64,000 bases of DNA from a virus, in IMG/VR virus record IMGVR_UViG_3300044633_000899, positions 23,306 to 87,305 of that record, one strand, 5' to 3'. This document shows, piece by piece, positions 8,752 to 17,893 of this stretch (positions are counted from its first letter, which is position 1; the number at the start of each line of letters is the position of its first letter). Under the pieces are notes generated by a model. That model made no database searches. It saw only the letters and a program-made list of their open reading frames with translations, and was not told the DNA's origin. Position numbers and translations under genes: made by a program.

Positions 8752-9897
8752 ATGAAAGACACACTAAAAAAACTAACAAATAAAATATTAAATGAGACTA
8801 TTGAATCAAAAGCAAATGATTTGATGGAAAAACTAAAACTTAATAAATCTGAAGAATTTGATTACGTTGAAGAAGGTGAAACTTGTGAGCAATGTGGTCG
8901 TGAGATGACTGAAGGTGAGTGTAACGAATGTGGTACAAAAAACGAAGAAATAATATACGAATTAGAAGTTGATGAAGAAGAGATGGATGAAAGTTCAGAG
9001 TTTACATATGCTGCGCTACAAGCAAAGAAAAAAGGAAAAAAAGAATTTGAATTAGATGGTAAAAAATTTCCAGTTAAAGAAAGTGTTTACTATAGTTTAA
9101 CAATTGATAATAAAAAAATATTAATGTCTGAATCACAATTTGAAACTTTAGTATTAAATATCGTGAAAAAAGAAAAATCAAAAATCACAGAATCTGATGT
9201 AAAATATAAACTTGAGATTGGTAACAAAGGTTATATCTTGAGTGAAGAAAAATTATTAGACATCATAGAACAAACAGTTATCGCTGAAGAGATGAAGTTT
9301 AAAAAAGGTGAAACACCAAAAGGTTATTCTGAATATGAAAAATCGGTTAAAAAATCAAAGAAAGAAAATGATGATTATTTAAAATCTGTTGGTAAAAAAA
9401 TGAAAGATTATTTAGAAGACGGATCCAAAGGTGAATATGATGAAAACCCGAAGTATTTCCCAAAAAATAATGGTCAGTTAGAAAAAATGACAAAAAAGGC
9501 ATATGTTATGTCAAATGATGGTAAGGACTTTATTGATGATTATTTACAACCAGGTATGGAAAATATTGTACCAGATGAAATTGAATACGATGAAAATTGG
9601 GTTTCCGACAATATAAAAGGATCGTCAAAAACTGGGAACAACCCAGAATGGGCAAATGGTGAAAAAACAGAACTTGGTGATAGACTATCAAAAAAAATGA
9701 AAGATAAAAAATACAACAAGGCTAAAATGTCTGCATACAGAAAGTCTAAACAACCAATAACAGATGGTACTGGTGAAAATTCAGGAAAGGGTATTGATAT
9801 TAAATTAGAAAGTATTGTTGAGAGAAAACAAGAAATATTATCTGAGGAGTTTAGTAAAATTCAAAATTTAATTAATTACGATCGGAAGACACAATAA
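8752..9897 (+). CDS. K/E-rich protein with N-terminal zinc ribbon
   Basis: CEQCGREMTEGECNECG four-Cys motif; low-complexity K/E-rich remainder. Confidence 0.55.
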   Translation: MKDTLKKLTNKILNETIESKANDLMEKLKLNKSEEFDYVEEGETCEQCGREMTEGECNECGTKNEEIIYELEVDEEEMDESSEFTYAALQAKKKGKKEFELDGKKFPVKESVYYSLTIDNKKILMSESQFETLVLNIVKKEKSKITESDVKYKLEIGNKGYILSEEKLLDIIEQTVIAEEMKFKKGETPKGYSEYEKSVKKSKKENDDYLKSVGKKMKDYLEDGSKGEYDENPKYFPKNNGQLEKMTKKAYVMSNDGKDFIDDYLQPGMENIVPDEIEYDENWVSDNIKGSSKTGNNPEWANGEKTELGDRLSKKMKDKKYNKAKMSAYRKSKQPITDGTGENSGKGIDIKLESIVERKQEILSEEFSKIQNLINYDRKTQ

Positions 9898-9938
9898 TTT
9901 ACTTACGTAAAAACCTTATTATTATTCTCCATAGACAA

Positions 9939-10421
9939 TTGTTTATGGAGAATAATTTTTTTAACTATATTACAAAACAACTACAACGAGAAGAAGTTGA
10001 TTTGTGGATGACGAGAAATAATATTTTCTCTGAGAAAATGGAGTTGTATTATGACTTTTGTAGATCGCTTTACATTAAATTATCAACCACTTTTTTAGGG
10101 GATGAAGATCTTACAGAAACCAAAATAGAAATGACCAACGAGGATAATCTAAAACATTTCAACTGGTGTTGGAAACAACTGATCAATGACTTCAAAAAAG
10201 AAAATATAATATTTGAAATAGAAGGTGAACACTACGAATATTTCCAGAACTTTTTTGATGAAATTTTTTATAAACAAAAAGATAAAAAAATCCGAGAATC
10301 AATTGATATGTTTTTTATGGATGTATTTGATTTTGAAAAAGCATTCACACAATCTGATTTAGATTTAATTTTAACAATATATAAGAACTTAGATAAAAAT
10401 ATGAGAATAAATATTTACTAA
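9939..10421 (+). CDS. hypothetical protein (160 aa)
   Basis: ORF in same-strand gene array. Confidence 0.5.
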   Translation: MFMENNFFNYITKQLQREEVDLWMTRNNIFSEKMELYYDFCRSLYIKLSTTFLGDEDLTETKIEMTNEDNLKHFNWCWKQLINDFKKENIIFEIEGEHYEYFQNFFDEIFYKQKDKKIRESIDMFFMDVFDFEKAFTQSDLDLILTIYKNLDKNMRINIY

Positions 10422-10472
10422 TTTTTGATGTAGTGATATTATTCTAATAATAAACATAAATAAAAAATAAAA

Positions 10473-10649
10473 ATGGAAACTTTAGAAAAAATAAAAGCGT
10501 TAGTTGAGACACTTTCTGACGAATCAACAAAATTTTATGAAAAAAATAATAAATCAGCAGGAACTAGAGCAAGAACTGCAGCACAAGAATTAAGAGAACT
10601 ATTAAAAACGTTTAGAGGTGAAATTTTAGAGGCTAGAAAGAATGGTTAA
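10473..10649 (+). CDS. small basic protein (58 aa, below the track cutoff)
   Basis: ATG 10473 to TAA 10649: METLEKIKALVETLSDESTKFYEKNNKSAGTRARTAAQELRELLKTFRGEILEARKNG. Confidence 0.35.
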   Translation: METLEKIKALVETLSDESTKFYEKNNKSAGTRARTAAQELRELLKTFRGEILEARKNG

Positions 10650-10834
10650 TATAGATACAATATTTTCTTTCGTATTCGTATTTTCGCTTTTATCGTCTTT
10701 GAGACTGGTTACTAAACTTCTTTTGTTATTATTAGAAAAGACACCTCAAAAATTAATTTTAAATAAAAGTGAATTATTTTTTTACGGGATAATGATATCA
10801 TACGCAATAACATACATAATGAAAAATTAATACT

Positions 10835-11278
10835 ATGAGTATCTATAATGAATTTAATGAATTGTATCCTTATATACAATCAATCCGAAAACTTAAAACC
10901 TATTTGAGTTTTGACATGTCATTTCCGAAAGATTGGAAATTACCTAAAAAATACGTACCACAAGATAGTGTTATTGAAAATAAGTCAACAGACCCAACAA
11001 TGAGGCTAATTTCTTTTGGTGTTGAATTTAATGAAGATACTGTCAATACAATTGTTGATAGTATTAAAAACGTAATCAAATATAATCGTGAAATTGAGGA
11101 AAAAGAACTTTTATTTGGTCTAAAAGTCCAGGAGTTAAAAAATATTTTTGAGAAACAAAACTTAATAACGTTACAAGATTTAAAATTTGACTTAGAGTCA
11201 AATAAACTTAAATTAGATGATGAATATGGTACAATTGAAAACAGAGACAGAGAAGAACATAGAGTGGTTGAAGAATGA
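10835..11278 (+). CDS. hypothetical protein (147 aa)
   Basis: ORF in same-strand gene array. Confidence 0.5.
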   Translation: MSIYNEFNELYPYIQSIRKLKTYLSFDMSFPKDWKLPKKYVPQDSVIENKSTDPTMRLISFGVEFNEDTVNTIVDSIKNVIKYNREIEEKELLFGLKVQELKNIFEKQNLITLQDLKFDLESNKLKLDDEYGTIENRDREEHRVVEE

Positions 11279-11386
11279 GATATTATTAGACCAACAACAA
11301 CTGGAACGTGAAAAAACACAGTTTATCCGGCAAATAAAAAATTTTAAGAGAGAAGAAATACTACCAAAAGAAGAGAAACAAACATT

Positions 11387-11782
11387 ATGGAAACGGTTCA
11401 AGAAAGTAATTATGGGGATTTAACAAATTTAGCGTTAATAACAGATGGTATACAAAAATTATTTCCAACAGGATTAGGTGTTTTGGTTTACGAATTAAAC
11501 GTGTATGATTTTTATAATATCAAAAAACAATTTCCAGAAATAGACGAAAACAAAAATCGTTTTAAAATTGATATTTCAGGTGTTGAAGTTGTTTTCATAC
11601 TTAAAGGTAGTCTTGAAAAAGAACTAACTAAACTAGAAGAACAAACTAAACTAGAAGAACAAACTAAACTAGAAGAACAAACTAAACTAGAAGAAGAAAC
11701 ATCAACGGAAGTTTTAGAACCAGTAATTAATGACTCATTTTTAAATAAACTTTTAAAATTATTCAGTAAAAAACGTAGTTGA
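11387..11782 (+). CDS. hypothetical protein with (EQTKLE)x4 repeat
   Basis: ORF encoding a perfect hexapeptide tandem repeat. Confidence 0.5.
   Translation: METVQESNYGDLTNLALITDGIQKLFPTGLGVLVYELNVYDFYNIKKQFPEIDENKNRFKIDISGVEVVFILKGSLEKELTKLEEQTKLEEQTKLEEQTKLEEETSTEVLEPVINDSFLNKLLKLFSKKRS
11624..11697. repeat. 18-bp direct tandem repeat x4 (aactaaactagaagaaca)
   Basis: Perfect tandem copies inside the CDS. Confidence 0.8.
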
Positions 11783-12391
11783 ATTTCTATATAAAAACGA
11801 TTTTGATATGCCTTTACTTTCTAATATTGAGTAAAGGTATTTTTTTTGTCGTATTGATGTGTCGTAAACCACAACACAGTCACTTCTTTTATTTTTATAT
11901 AACGTATCTTCAAGAATTTTTAAAAACCTATTACTATCACCATCGCTTTTTAACGAGAATAAGAAATAATTATCATCTTCTTGAACTAATAATTTGTTGT
12001 TTAATTTAGATATAAATTTAAGTCCTTTCACTTTTAAATATTTACTATAAAAGTGTTTGAATGAGATTTTATGTTTGGTTTGTAAATCATATAAGAACTC
12101 CTCAACTTTATATTTTGATATCTTAGTTATTTTATAATTAGGATCATCAATTTCAATTTTTATTTGACGACCTAATTCATCTCTGACATAAAAAGGTGTA
12201 AAGTCTTTAGAATCGTTTTCTAATATACCAAGTTCAAATTCACAACGTTTACCATTCTCAACCTCTTTGTTAAAAACAACATCATTGTTTAGTAATTTAT
12301 CAAAAAATTTTTCAGCCCTTTCTTTGGTTTTAAATTTTTTAATTATTTTCTTTCTTTCTTTATTTTTAAACAAAACTATTAGGTATTTCAT
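11759..12391 (-). CDS. hypothetical protein (210 aa)
   Basis: Minus-strand ORF; basic N-terminus. Confidence 0.55.
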   Translation of the reverse strand: MKYLIVLFKNKERKKIIKKFKTKERAEKFFDKLLNNDVVFNKEVENGKRCEFELGILENDSKDFTPFYVRDELGRQIKIEIDDPNYKITKISKYKVEEFLYDLQTKHKISFKHFYSKYLKVKGLKFISKLNNKLLVQEDDNYFLFSLKSDGDSNRFLKILEDTLYKNKRSDCVVVYDTSIRQKKYLYSILESKGISKSFLYRNSTTFFTE

Positions 12392-12401
12392 AAAAAATTA
12401 C

Positions 12402-12409
12402 TATATTTG
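12402..12409 (+). promoter_or_regulatory. -7 promoter element TAtaTTTG upstream of the DnaJ gene
   Basis: tatatttg 28 nt before the ATG. Confidence 0.4.
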
Positions 12410-12437
12410 CATTAAAGATATTAAAATTTAATAAAAA

Positions 12438-13373
12438 ATGAATACTGACAATTATTACACTATTTTAGGCGTCTCAGAAGACGCAACACAAGATGATATA
12501 AAAAAAGCGTATAGAAAGTTAGCGAAAGAAAATCATCCAGATAAAGGTGGTGATGAGGAAATTTTTAAAAACATATCAATTGCTTACGACGCTATTGGTA
12601 ATGAGGAAAGTCGTAAGAAATACGATTTTGAACGAAAAAACCCTTTCAGTGGAATTAAAGGTCAATATGGTGAAGCGTTCAGATCTGCCTTTAGAAATAT
12701 GCACAGAGGTCACGAATCACAAGAACATAGAGTCCACACAAAAACAATCACAATTGATATTACAGTGTTAGATTCTTTCCTATCAAAAGAAAAACAATTT
12801 GAGTTTAATCGGAAAATTAAATGTGAACCTTGTGGTGGTAAAGGTGGTGAAAGACAAACTTGTCAAATATGTTCAGGACAAGGGCAGGTCATACAACAGA
12901 TGGGTAGTGGTATGTTTATACAAATTGTTTCTATGATGTGTAACAATTGCTCTGGACGAGGTTATACGTTGGTAAATAAATGTAACGAATGTTTAGGAAA
13001 TGGTACAAAAAATGAAGCAAAAAAAGTTGAGGTAAAAATACCACACGGTATTGATAATGGGCAATTTTTAAGAATGAAAGGTGTTGGTGATTTTAATGAA
13101 GGTTTGTATGGTGATTTAATAATTAAGGTTAATTTACAAAATGAAAACGACTTTGATAAGTACGACAATAATTTAGTATATAACAAATACTTTAATATTA
13201 ATGATTTTAATGAAGAATCTTTTGAAGTACCACACCCTGACGGAACAATGAAAGTCAATTTTCCAAAAAATATTGACACATCCAAACCATTAAGAGTAAA
13301 AGGTAAGGGATTTAAATATAATGGTGTTGGTGATTTATTTATAAATCAATATTTAAAGTATGAAAAACTTTAA
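12438..13373 (+). CDS. DnaJ-like co-chaperone (J domain + CxxCxGxG zinc-finger region)
   Basis: DYYTILGVSEDATQDDIKKAYRKLAKENHPDKGG (HPD motif); CEPCGGKG, CQICSGQG, CNNCSGRG, CNECLGNG repeats. Confidence 0.85.
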   Translation: MNTDNYYTILGVSEDATQDDIKKAYRKLAKENHPDKGGDEEIFKNISIAYDAIGNEESRKKYDFERKNPFSGIKGQYGEAFRSAFRNMHRGHESQEHRVHTKTITIDITVLDSFLSKEKQFEFNRKIKCEPCGGKGGERQTCQICSGQGQVIQQMGSGMFIQIVSMMCNNCSGRGYTLVNKCNECLGNGTKNEAKKVEVKIPHGIDNGQFLRMKGVGDFNEGLYGDLIIKVNLQNENDFDKYDNNLVYNKYFNINDFNEESFEVPHPDGTMKVNFPKNIDTSKPLRVKGKGFKYNGVGDLFINQYLKYEKL

Positions 13374-13634
13374 AAAAAATTAATCATGTCATAAATAAAT
13401 GATATAATACCATATATTGCAAAGGCGAACATAATGCCGCCAAACCAAAATAAAAAATTCTGAGTCTGTTTAACACCTTTATTTGTTTTACAGGCGCTAC
13501 AGCCTACTTTTGTTGCTTCTTTCGTTTCCATACATAAAATATAAATAAAGTGTGACGAATTGGAAAGGTTATTTTAACACGTTGGTGAATTTTATATGTT
13601 TAGTGATATTTATAATTAACAAAAAAAAAGAAAT

Positions 13635-15575
13635 ATGGAATTAGTAAATATATTATCAAAAGTAGTTAAAGAAAATTTAACGACTAAAAAAATATTATTA
13701 GAATACCCTGAATCTACGGTTAAAAAATTATTAGATAAGTTTACAAAAGAAACTGATGAAACTGAAGATGTTATACGTAAAACAATCTCTGATTTTGAAC
13801 GATTTAAAAGTTCGTTAAGTAATGAAGATAAAGATATTTTTAAACATTCATATGAAAAAATAAAAAGTTTGATTAAAGATAAATCAACACAACAAAAAAC
13901 TAAAAAAGATTTAGATGGTTTAGTCCAGGATTATATCGCAAAAAATAAAGGTGCTGATTTACAATTAACAAAGAACAACATTAAAAAATTCTTTGAGATT
14001 AAAACAAATTTACCTCAAGCGAGAGAATTTAAATCAGACGTTACAAATATTAATCCCTCTGAGTTAAATAGTTTGGTTCAACGGTACTTTACAAAGTTCA
14101 ATAACCAAGGTGTCAATGAACTTATAGTAGCAATAGCACAAAAATTTCACGATGAAAATCCAGATGAAGATGTTATGACTGCAATCTTACCTAGGGTTAA
14201 ACGTTTTGTAAAACACTACGATTTAGTTCCACTAAATGCTAAGTTGAGTAAATTAATGAATTTTATTGAATTTGAACATATTGTTGATGGATACACACCA
14301 ATGGAAGAGAGTGAGTATACAGTACCAGAAGTTGACACTAGTGATGTTGATATTGCATATGAAGATGATGATATTTTAATTTTTGCACCAGACCAAAAAC
14401 ATAAATGTATTAACATTAGAAAGAAATTCGCACCAGATAGAAGATGGTGTACTTCTTGGGAGGGATCCTCAAATTATTATTACAATTATCGTTTAAATCA
14501 AAATTTAACATTATATTATGTTATTCAGAAAAATTTACCAGAGACTGATTTAAATTACGCAACCGTTGTCCTTGTTGATAAATATGGTAGTATGAGATTA
14601 GCCGATGGATCAAACTCTGGACGATACGCTGGTGGTAATGAATTACCTTGGAGTGAAATTGTTTCTAAAGTTCCCGCACTTAAAGGTAAGGAACAATACT
14701 TAGAAGCAAAACCATACGATGGTGAAGATGAGGCAAAATTAAAAAAATATAAATCTTACAATTTAAATACAACAGATCCTATTTCAGAATTAGGTAGTTT
14801 AGAAGAAGTTGAATTATGGTTAGAATTAAGAAGTCCCGATCTTAAATCAACACCAAGAGGTGATGAGATTTTTGGGAATTTTCCGGAAGAATTACAAAAA
14901 AAATACATTGGTTTAGGGAACGAATTATCCGCTGGGATGGTTAGAGCATTAACACCTAGTGCAATGGGTTACTATATTTCAAAGAAACGTGAAAAATTAT
15001 TACAAAAGACACTTAAAGATTTAAATGAAAATGATATGGAAATCATATTAAGTAAAGAAATGAGACCATATTATAAAAGTTTAAAGGAAAAATTTGCTAA
15101 CGAACTTAATAATCAATTTGGTGATATTATACAAATTAAATACCCTTCAGATACTAGCGCAAAATATATTAGAATGTTTGGTATGAATGAGTTATTAGAT
15201 AGTATACCAGACACAACAATACTTTTTGAGGTTGATAACACATCAAACGACAAAGTAATCTTTGACATTCCAGATTCAATTGGTAAATTAACTAATTTAC
15301 AAACATTAGTTTTTAATAATTGTATTAATAAATTACCAGAAACAGTAGGTAATCTTACTAATTTACAATTTTTAACTTTAACTAATAATGAGGAATTGAC
15401 GACATTCCCAAATAGTGTTGTTGATTTAAGATGTTTATTGTTTATCTCTGTTGAAAATTCACCAATTGATATTGAAACATTACCAGAAGAGTTTAAAAGA
15501 TATGTTGACACAAGTGCTGACACATTTTGGCCAGTTAACTATCCTGATGAGATGAAAGGCGACTGTTTACTTTAA
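13635..15575 (+). CDS. large protein with central WCT-motif domain and C-terminal leucine-rich repeats
   Basis: LRR units (IGKLTNLQTLVFNNCINKLPETVGNLTNLQFLTLTNN); central segment DDDILIFAPDQ...DRRWCTSWEG shared with ORFs 24948 and 49065(-). Confidence 0.6.
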   Translation: MELVNILSKVVKENLTTKKILLEYPESTVKKLLDKFTKETDETEDVIRKTISDFERFKSSLSNEDKDIFKHSYEKIKSLIKDKSTQQKTKKDLDGLVQDYIAKNKGADLQLTKNNIKKFFEIKTNLPQAREFKSDVTNINPSELNSLVQRYFTKFNNQGVNELIVAIAQKFHDENPDEDVMTAILPRVKRFVKHYDLVPLNAKLSKLMNFIEFEHIVDGYTPMEESEYTVPEVDTSDVDIAYEDDDILIFAPDQKHKCINIRKKFAPDRRWCTSWEGSSNYYYNYRLNQNLTLYYVIQKNLPETDLNYATVVLVDKYGSMRLADGSNSGRYAGGNELPWSEIVSKVPALKGKEQYLEAKPYDGEDEAKLKKYKSYNLNTTDPISELGSLEEVELWLELRSPDLKSTPRGDEIFGNFPEELQKKYIGLGNELSAGMVRALTPSAMGYYISKKREKLLQKTLKDLNENDMEIILSKEMRPYYKSLKEKFANELNNQFGDIIQIKYPSDTSAKYIRMFGMNELLDSIPDTTILFEVDNTSNDKVIFDIPDSIGKLTNLQTLVFNNCINKLPETVGNLTNLQFLTLTNNEELTTFPNSVVDLRCLLFISVENSPIDIETLPEEFKRYVDTSADTFWPVNYPDEMKGDCLL

Positions 15576-15588
15576 TTATAACTACAAT

Positions 15589-15879
15589 ATGAAAAATGTT
15601 GATATTGAAATTTATTTGAATCAAGTTATTACTTTTTTTGAAAAAAACCCAAATGATCTAATGGATTTAATTGGTGAATTACAAAAAGATGAGTTTTATT
15701 TAAAACTTCGTCAACAATGTGAAAAAAATGTTGAAGAAGGGAAAGATATTACCTTAACTAAAGAACAAATGATAAATATTATTGTTGATTTAAAAATACC
15801 AGATATTGTTGATAAACAGGAAGTTGTGGTAAACAATATCGTCCAAAAAACAAAGTTTGGTGAAATATTTTTAAATTAA
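15589..15879 (+). CDS. hypothetical protein (96 aa)
   Basis: ORF. Confidence 0.5.
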   Translation: MKNVDIEIYLNQVITFFEKNPNDLMDLIGELQKDEFYLKLRQQCEKNVEEGKDITLTKEQMINIIVDLKIPDIVDKQEVVVNNIVQKTKFGEIFLN

Positions 15880-15914
15880 TTTTAAAAAATGTTTGGATAT
15901 TAAGAAAATATTTA

Positions 15915-15922
15915 TACCTTTG
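15915..15922 (+). promoter_or_regulatory. -7 promoter element TAccTTTG
   Basis: tacctttg upstream of an ORF-free GC-enriched region. Confidence 0.4.
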
Positions 15923-15929
15923 TATAGTT

Positions 15930-16083
15930 AAATGATTAACGAAAAATCTTAACCGAAAAGACTGAGCATAAATCTTGAGTTTGTGTAGGAATACATCTAA
16001 AGATGGTGGTTAAGTGGGTCTCTTGGATATACCCAACCAAGCGTAAGGTGACAACACGTGAGGGAAGGCTGTCACAACATTAA
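15930..16083 (+). ncRNA. candidate small RNA between promoter motif and intrinsic terminator
   Basis: No ORF >27 aa; GC-enriched; stem tgaca..tgtca; ends in a strong terminator. Confidence 0.4.
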
Positions 16084-16112
16084 CCCCCAAATTATTGGGG
16101 GTTTTGTTTTTT
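16084..16112 (+). terminator. intrinsic terminator
   Basis: cccccaaattattggggg hairpin followed by ttttgtttttt. Confidence 0.75.
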
Positions 16113-16695
16113 AATTTAATGGGTTATATGTTTTAATAATTTTTGTTTCTCTATTAAAATGTTTACCATTACCTTTCATTTGGTTATATAATGTTATATC
16201 ATATATTGGTAATTTATCTAATTTACCGAGAGTATTTAAACTGACTAAAATTTCATAATTAACCCCATTTATACTTTTTAATCTCAACACATCTTTATAA
16301 CCTAATTTCTGTAAAGAAATCATTTTCCATATATTATCTATATTTACTTTTACAATATTAATCCCCTCATCAATTTTAGGGTTAACAAAATTAGGATCAC
16401 TTGGGAATGTCTGTTCTCTAAAATTCCTTTCTGAAAAATGAGGATTAATTTTAATATTAAAATAGGCTTTTTTAACTTGATTTGTTTTTTTATCTGTATA
16501 TTGACCTAATAAAGGACTTATTTCTTTAGCTAAAATTTTTTGTGTAATATATGTTTGTTTGATTAACTTTAAAATTTCATCATCTATATGTTCGTAGTTA
16601 GTACCCTCATTCAATGGTTTACGACCAAGGTATTGAATACTCACAATATGATATACAATCTCCTCTCTCAAAATTTTTTTAATAATTTTTTTCAT
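16111..16695 (-). CDS. leader-peptide family protein (N-terminus MKKIIKKILREEI)
   Basis: Shares its N-terminal ~12 aa with ORFs 50020(-), 49065(-), 45564(-) and 20038(+). Confidence 0.6.
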   Translation of the reverse strand: MKKIIKKILREEIVYHIVSIQYLGRKPLNEGTNYEHIDDEILKLIKQTYITQKILAKEISPLLGQYTDKKTNQVKKAYFNIKINPHFSERNFREQTFPSDPNFVNPKIDEGINIVKVNIDNIWKMISLQKLGYKDVLRLKSINGVNYEILVSLNTLGKLDKLPIYDITLYNQMKGNGKHFNRETKIIKTYNPLN

Positions 16696-16766
16696 ATTTA
16701 TATAAATATCTAAAAAAAAGTATTATCTTAGCACAGAATTAGTTATTAACCTATAAAAAAAATAAG

Positions 16767-16877
16767 ATGAAAACAATTGAAATTACAATGCAGGAGATAT
16801 GGTCAGCGACAAAACCAATAGTTTACAAGAGTAAAAAACAATACACTCGTAAAGAAAAACACAAAAACAACTATTGA
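16767..16877 (+). CDS. small basic ORF (36 aa) followed by a terminator
   Basis: MKTIEITMQEIWSATKPIVYKSKKQYTRKEKHKNNY; hairpin aagtggtgga..ctaccactt + T-run at 16887-16915. Confidence 0.3.
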   Translation: MKTIEITMQEIWSATKPIVYKSKKQYTRKEKHKNNY

Positions 16878-16886
16878 TTACGATAA

Positions 16887-16915
16887 AGTGGTGGATTTTT
16901 CTACCACTTTTTTTA
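16887..16915 (+). terminator. intrinsic terminator
   Basis: agtggtgg..ctaccact stem + T7. Confidence 0.6.
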
Positions 16916-16926
16916 TATTTTAAAAT

Positions 16927-17274
16927 ATGGAACGAAAGGAATTTTTTGAGAAAGAAAGTGATATTTTAAAATGGATATATGAACAAGAGGGAATGTTATT
17001 ATCAAAATGTGCTGTTGATGGTAAATTAAATATAACACCAGAGTTATTATTAACTAAAAATTTTTTATTAATATATAGTGACAGTGTTATATTTGATAAT
17101 GGGTTTTTGTATTATGATGCTTTTTTTAAGAATAAATCAGACCTTTATATATATTTATCAAAGAAGGATATTCGTGATTCGGAATATAAAATAACAATAT
17201 ATTTTGAGCCAAAAAACATAGAAGAAACAAAGTTCTTCATAAAAAATTTAATGAAATTAAAAGATGGAAATTAG
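16927..17274 (+). CDS. hypothetical protein (115 aa)
   Basis: ORF. Confidence 0.5.
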   Translation: MERKEFFEKESDILKWIYEQEGMLLSKCAVDGKLNITPELLLTKNFLLIYSDSVIFDNGFLYYDAFFKNKSDLYIYLSKKDIRDSEYKITIYFEPKNIEETKFFIKNLMKLKDGN

Positions 17275-17578
17275 TAGTGTAGAATTACAAGAAAAAATTA
17301 ATAAAGGTGAGAAAATAATTCTGAAGTTAGGTGCATTGTGGTGTGGTCCGTGCAAAATGTTAAAACCAATATTTGAAAAAGTGGCAAACGAGAATACAAC
17401 CGACGTTCAAATGTATACACTTGATGTTGATTTAAACAGAGAAATCGCGATGTCATTAGGTGTTAGGAGTGTACCAACAATAAAAATGTTTAATGCTGGT
17501 GAGGTCATTGACACAAAAGTTGGTATTCAATCAGAAACCCAATTAAACGATATGATAAACACATTGATAAATGGATAA
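17264..17578 (+). CDS. thioredoxin
   Basis: WCGPCK active site; thioredoxin-sized (104 aa). Confidence 0.85.
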   Translation: MEISSVELQEKINKGEKIILKLGALWCGPCKMLKPIFEKVANENTTDVQMYTLDVDLNREIAMSLGVRSVPTIKMFNAGEVIDTKVGIQSETQLNDMINTLING

Positions 17579-17858
17579 AGCGGTTGTATTGTTCACAATG
17601 AAAAGTTGTCCTTTTTGTGTTGAACTAAAAGAAATGTTGGATAAATCAAATATCCAGTTTGTTGATAGAGATATTGACGAATACGAAGAAGAATATAATA
17701 TGTTTGTTAATATTACTGAAAATGATTATGTACCAGCATTTATGTTAATTGAGGATCCAGAAACTGAAGAACCATTAACAGAGTTGTTTGCACCAGATCG
17801 TGATTTTGACGACATTAACGAAGGTTTTGAGATTATTAAATCATTTATAATTGATTAA
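17571..17858 (+). CDS. glutaredoxin-like protein
   Basis: N-terminal MKSCPFCVELK (CPFC), about 95 aa, acidic tail. Confidence 0.6.
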   Translation: MDKAVVLFTMKSCPFCVELKEMLDKSNIQFVDRDIDEYEEEYNMFVNITENDYVPAFMLIEDPETEEPLTELFAPDRDFDDINEGFEIIKSFIID

Positions 17859-17893
17859 AAAAAATCCCACCTTAGTAGTGGGATTTTCGTTTT
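17855..17893. terminator. bidirectional intrinsic terminator between convergent genes
   Basis: A-run, cccac-cttagta-gtggg hairpin, T-run. Confidence 0.7.

Noticed and set aside
10642-10830. 62-aa hydrophobic ORF MVNIDTIFSFVFVF...
   Set aside because: It overlaps the end of a better-supported small basic ORF (10473-10649), has odd composition, and no start context. It may still be a small membrane protein, so it was left uncalled.
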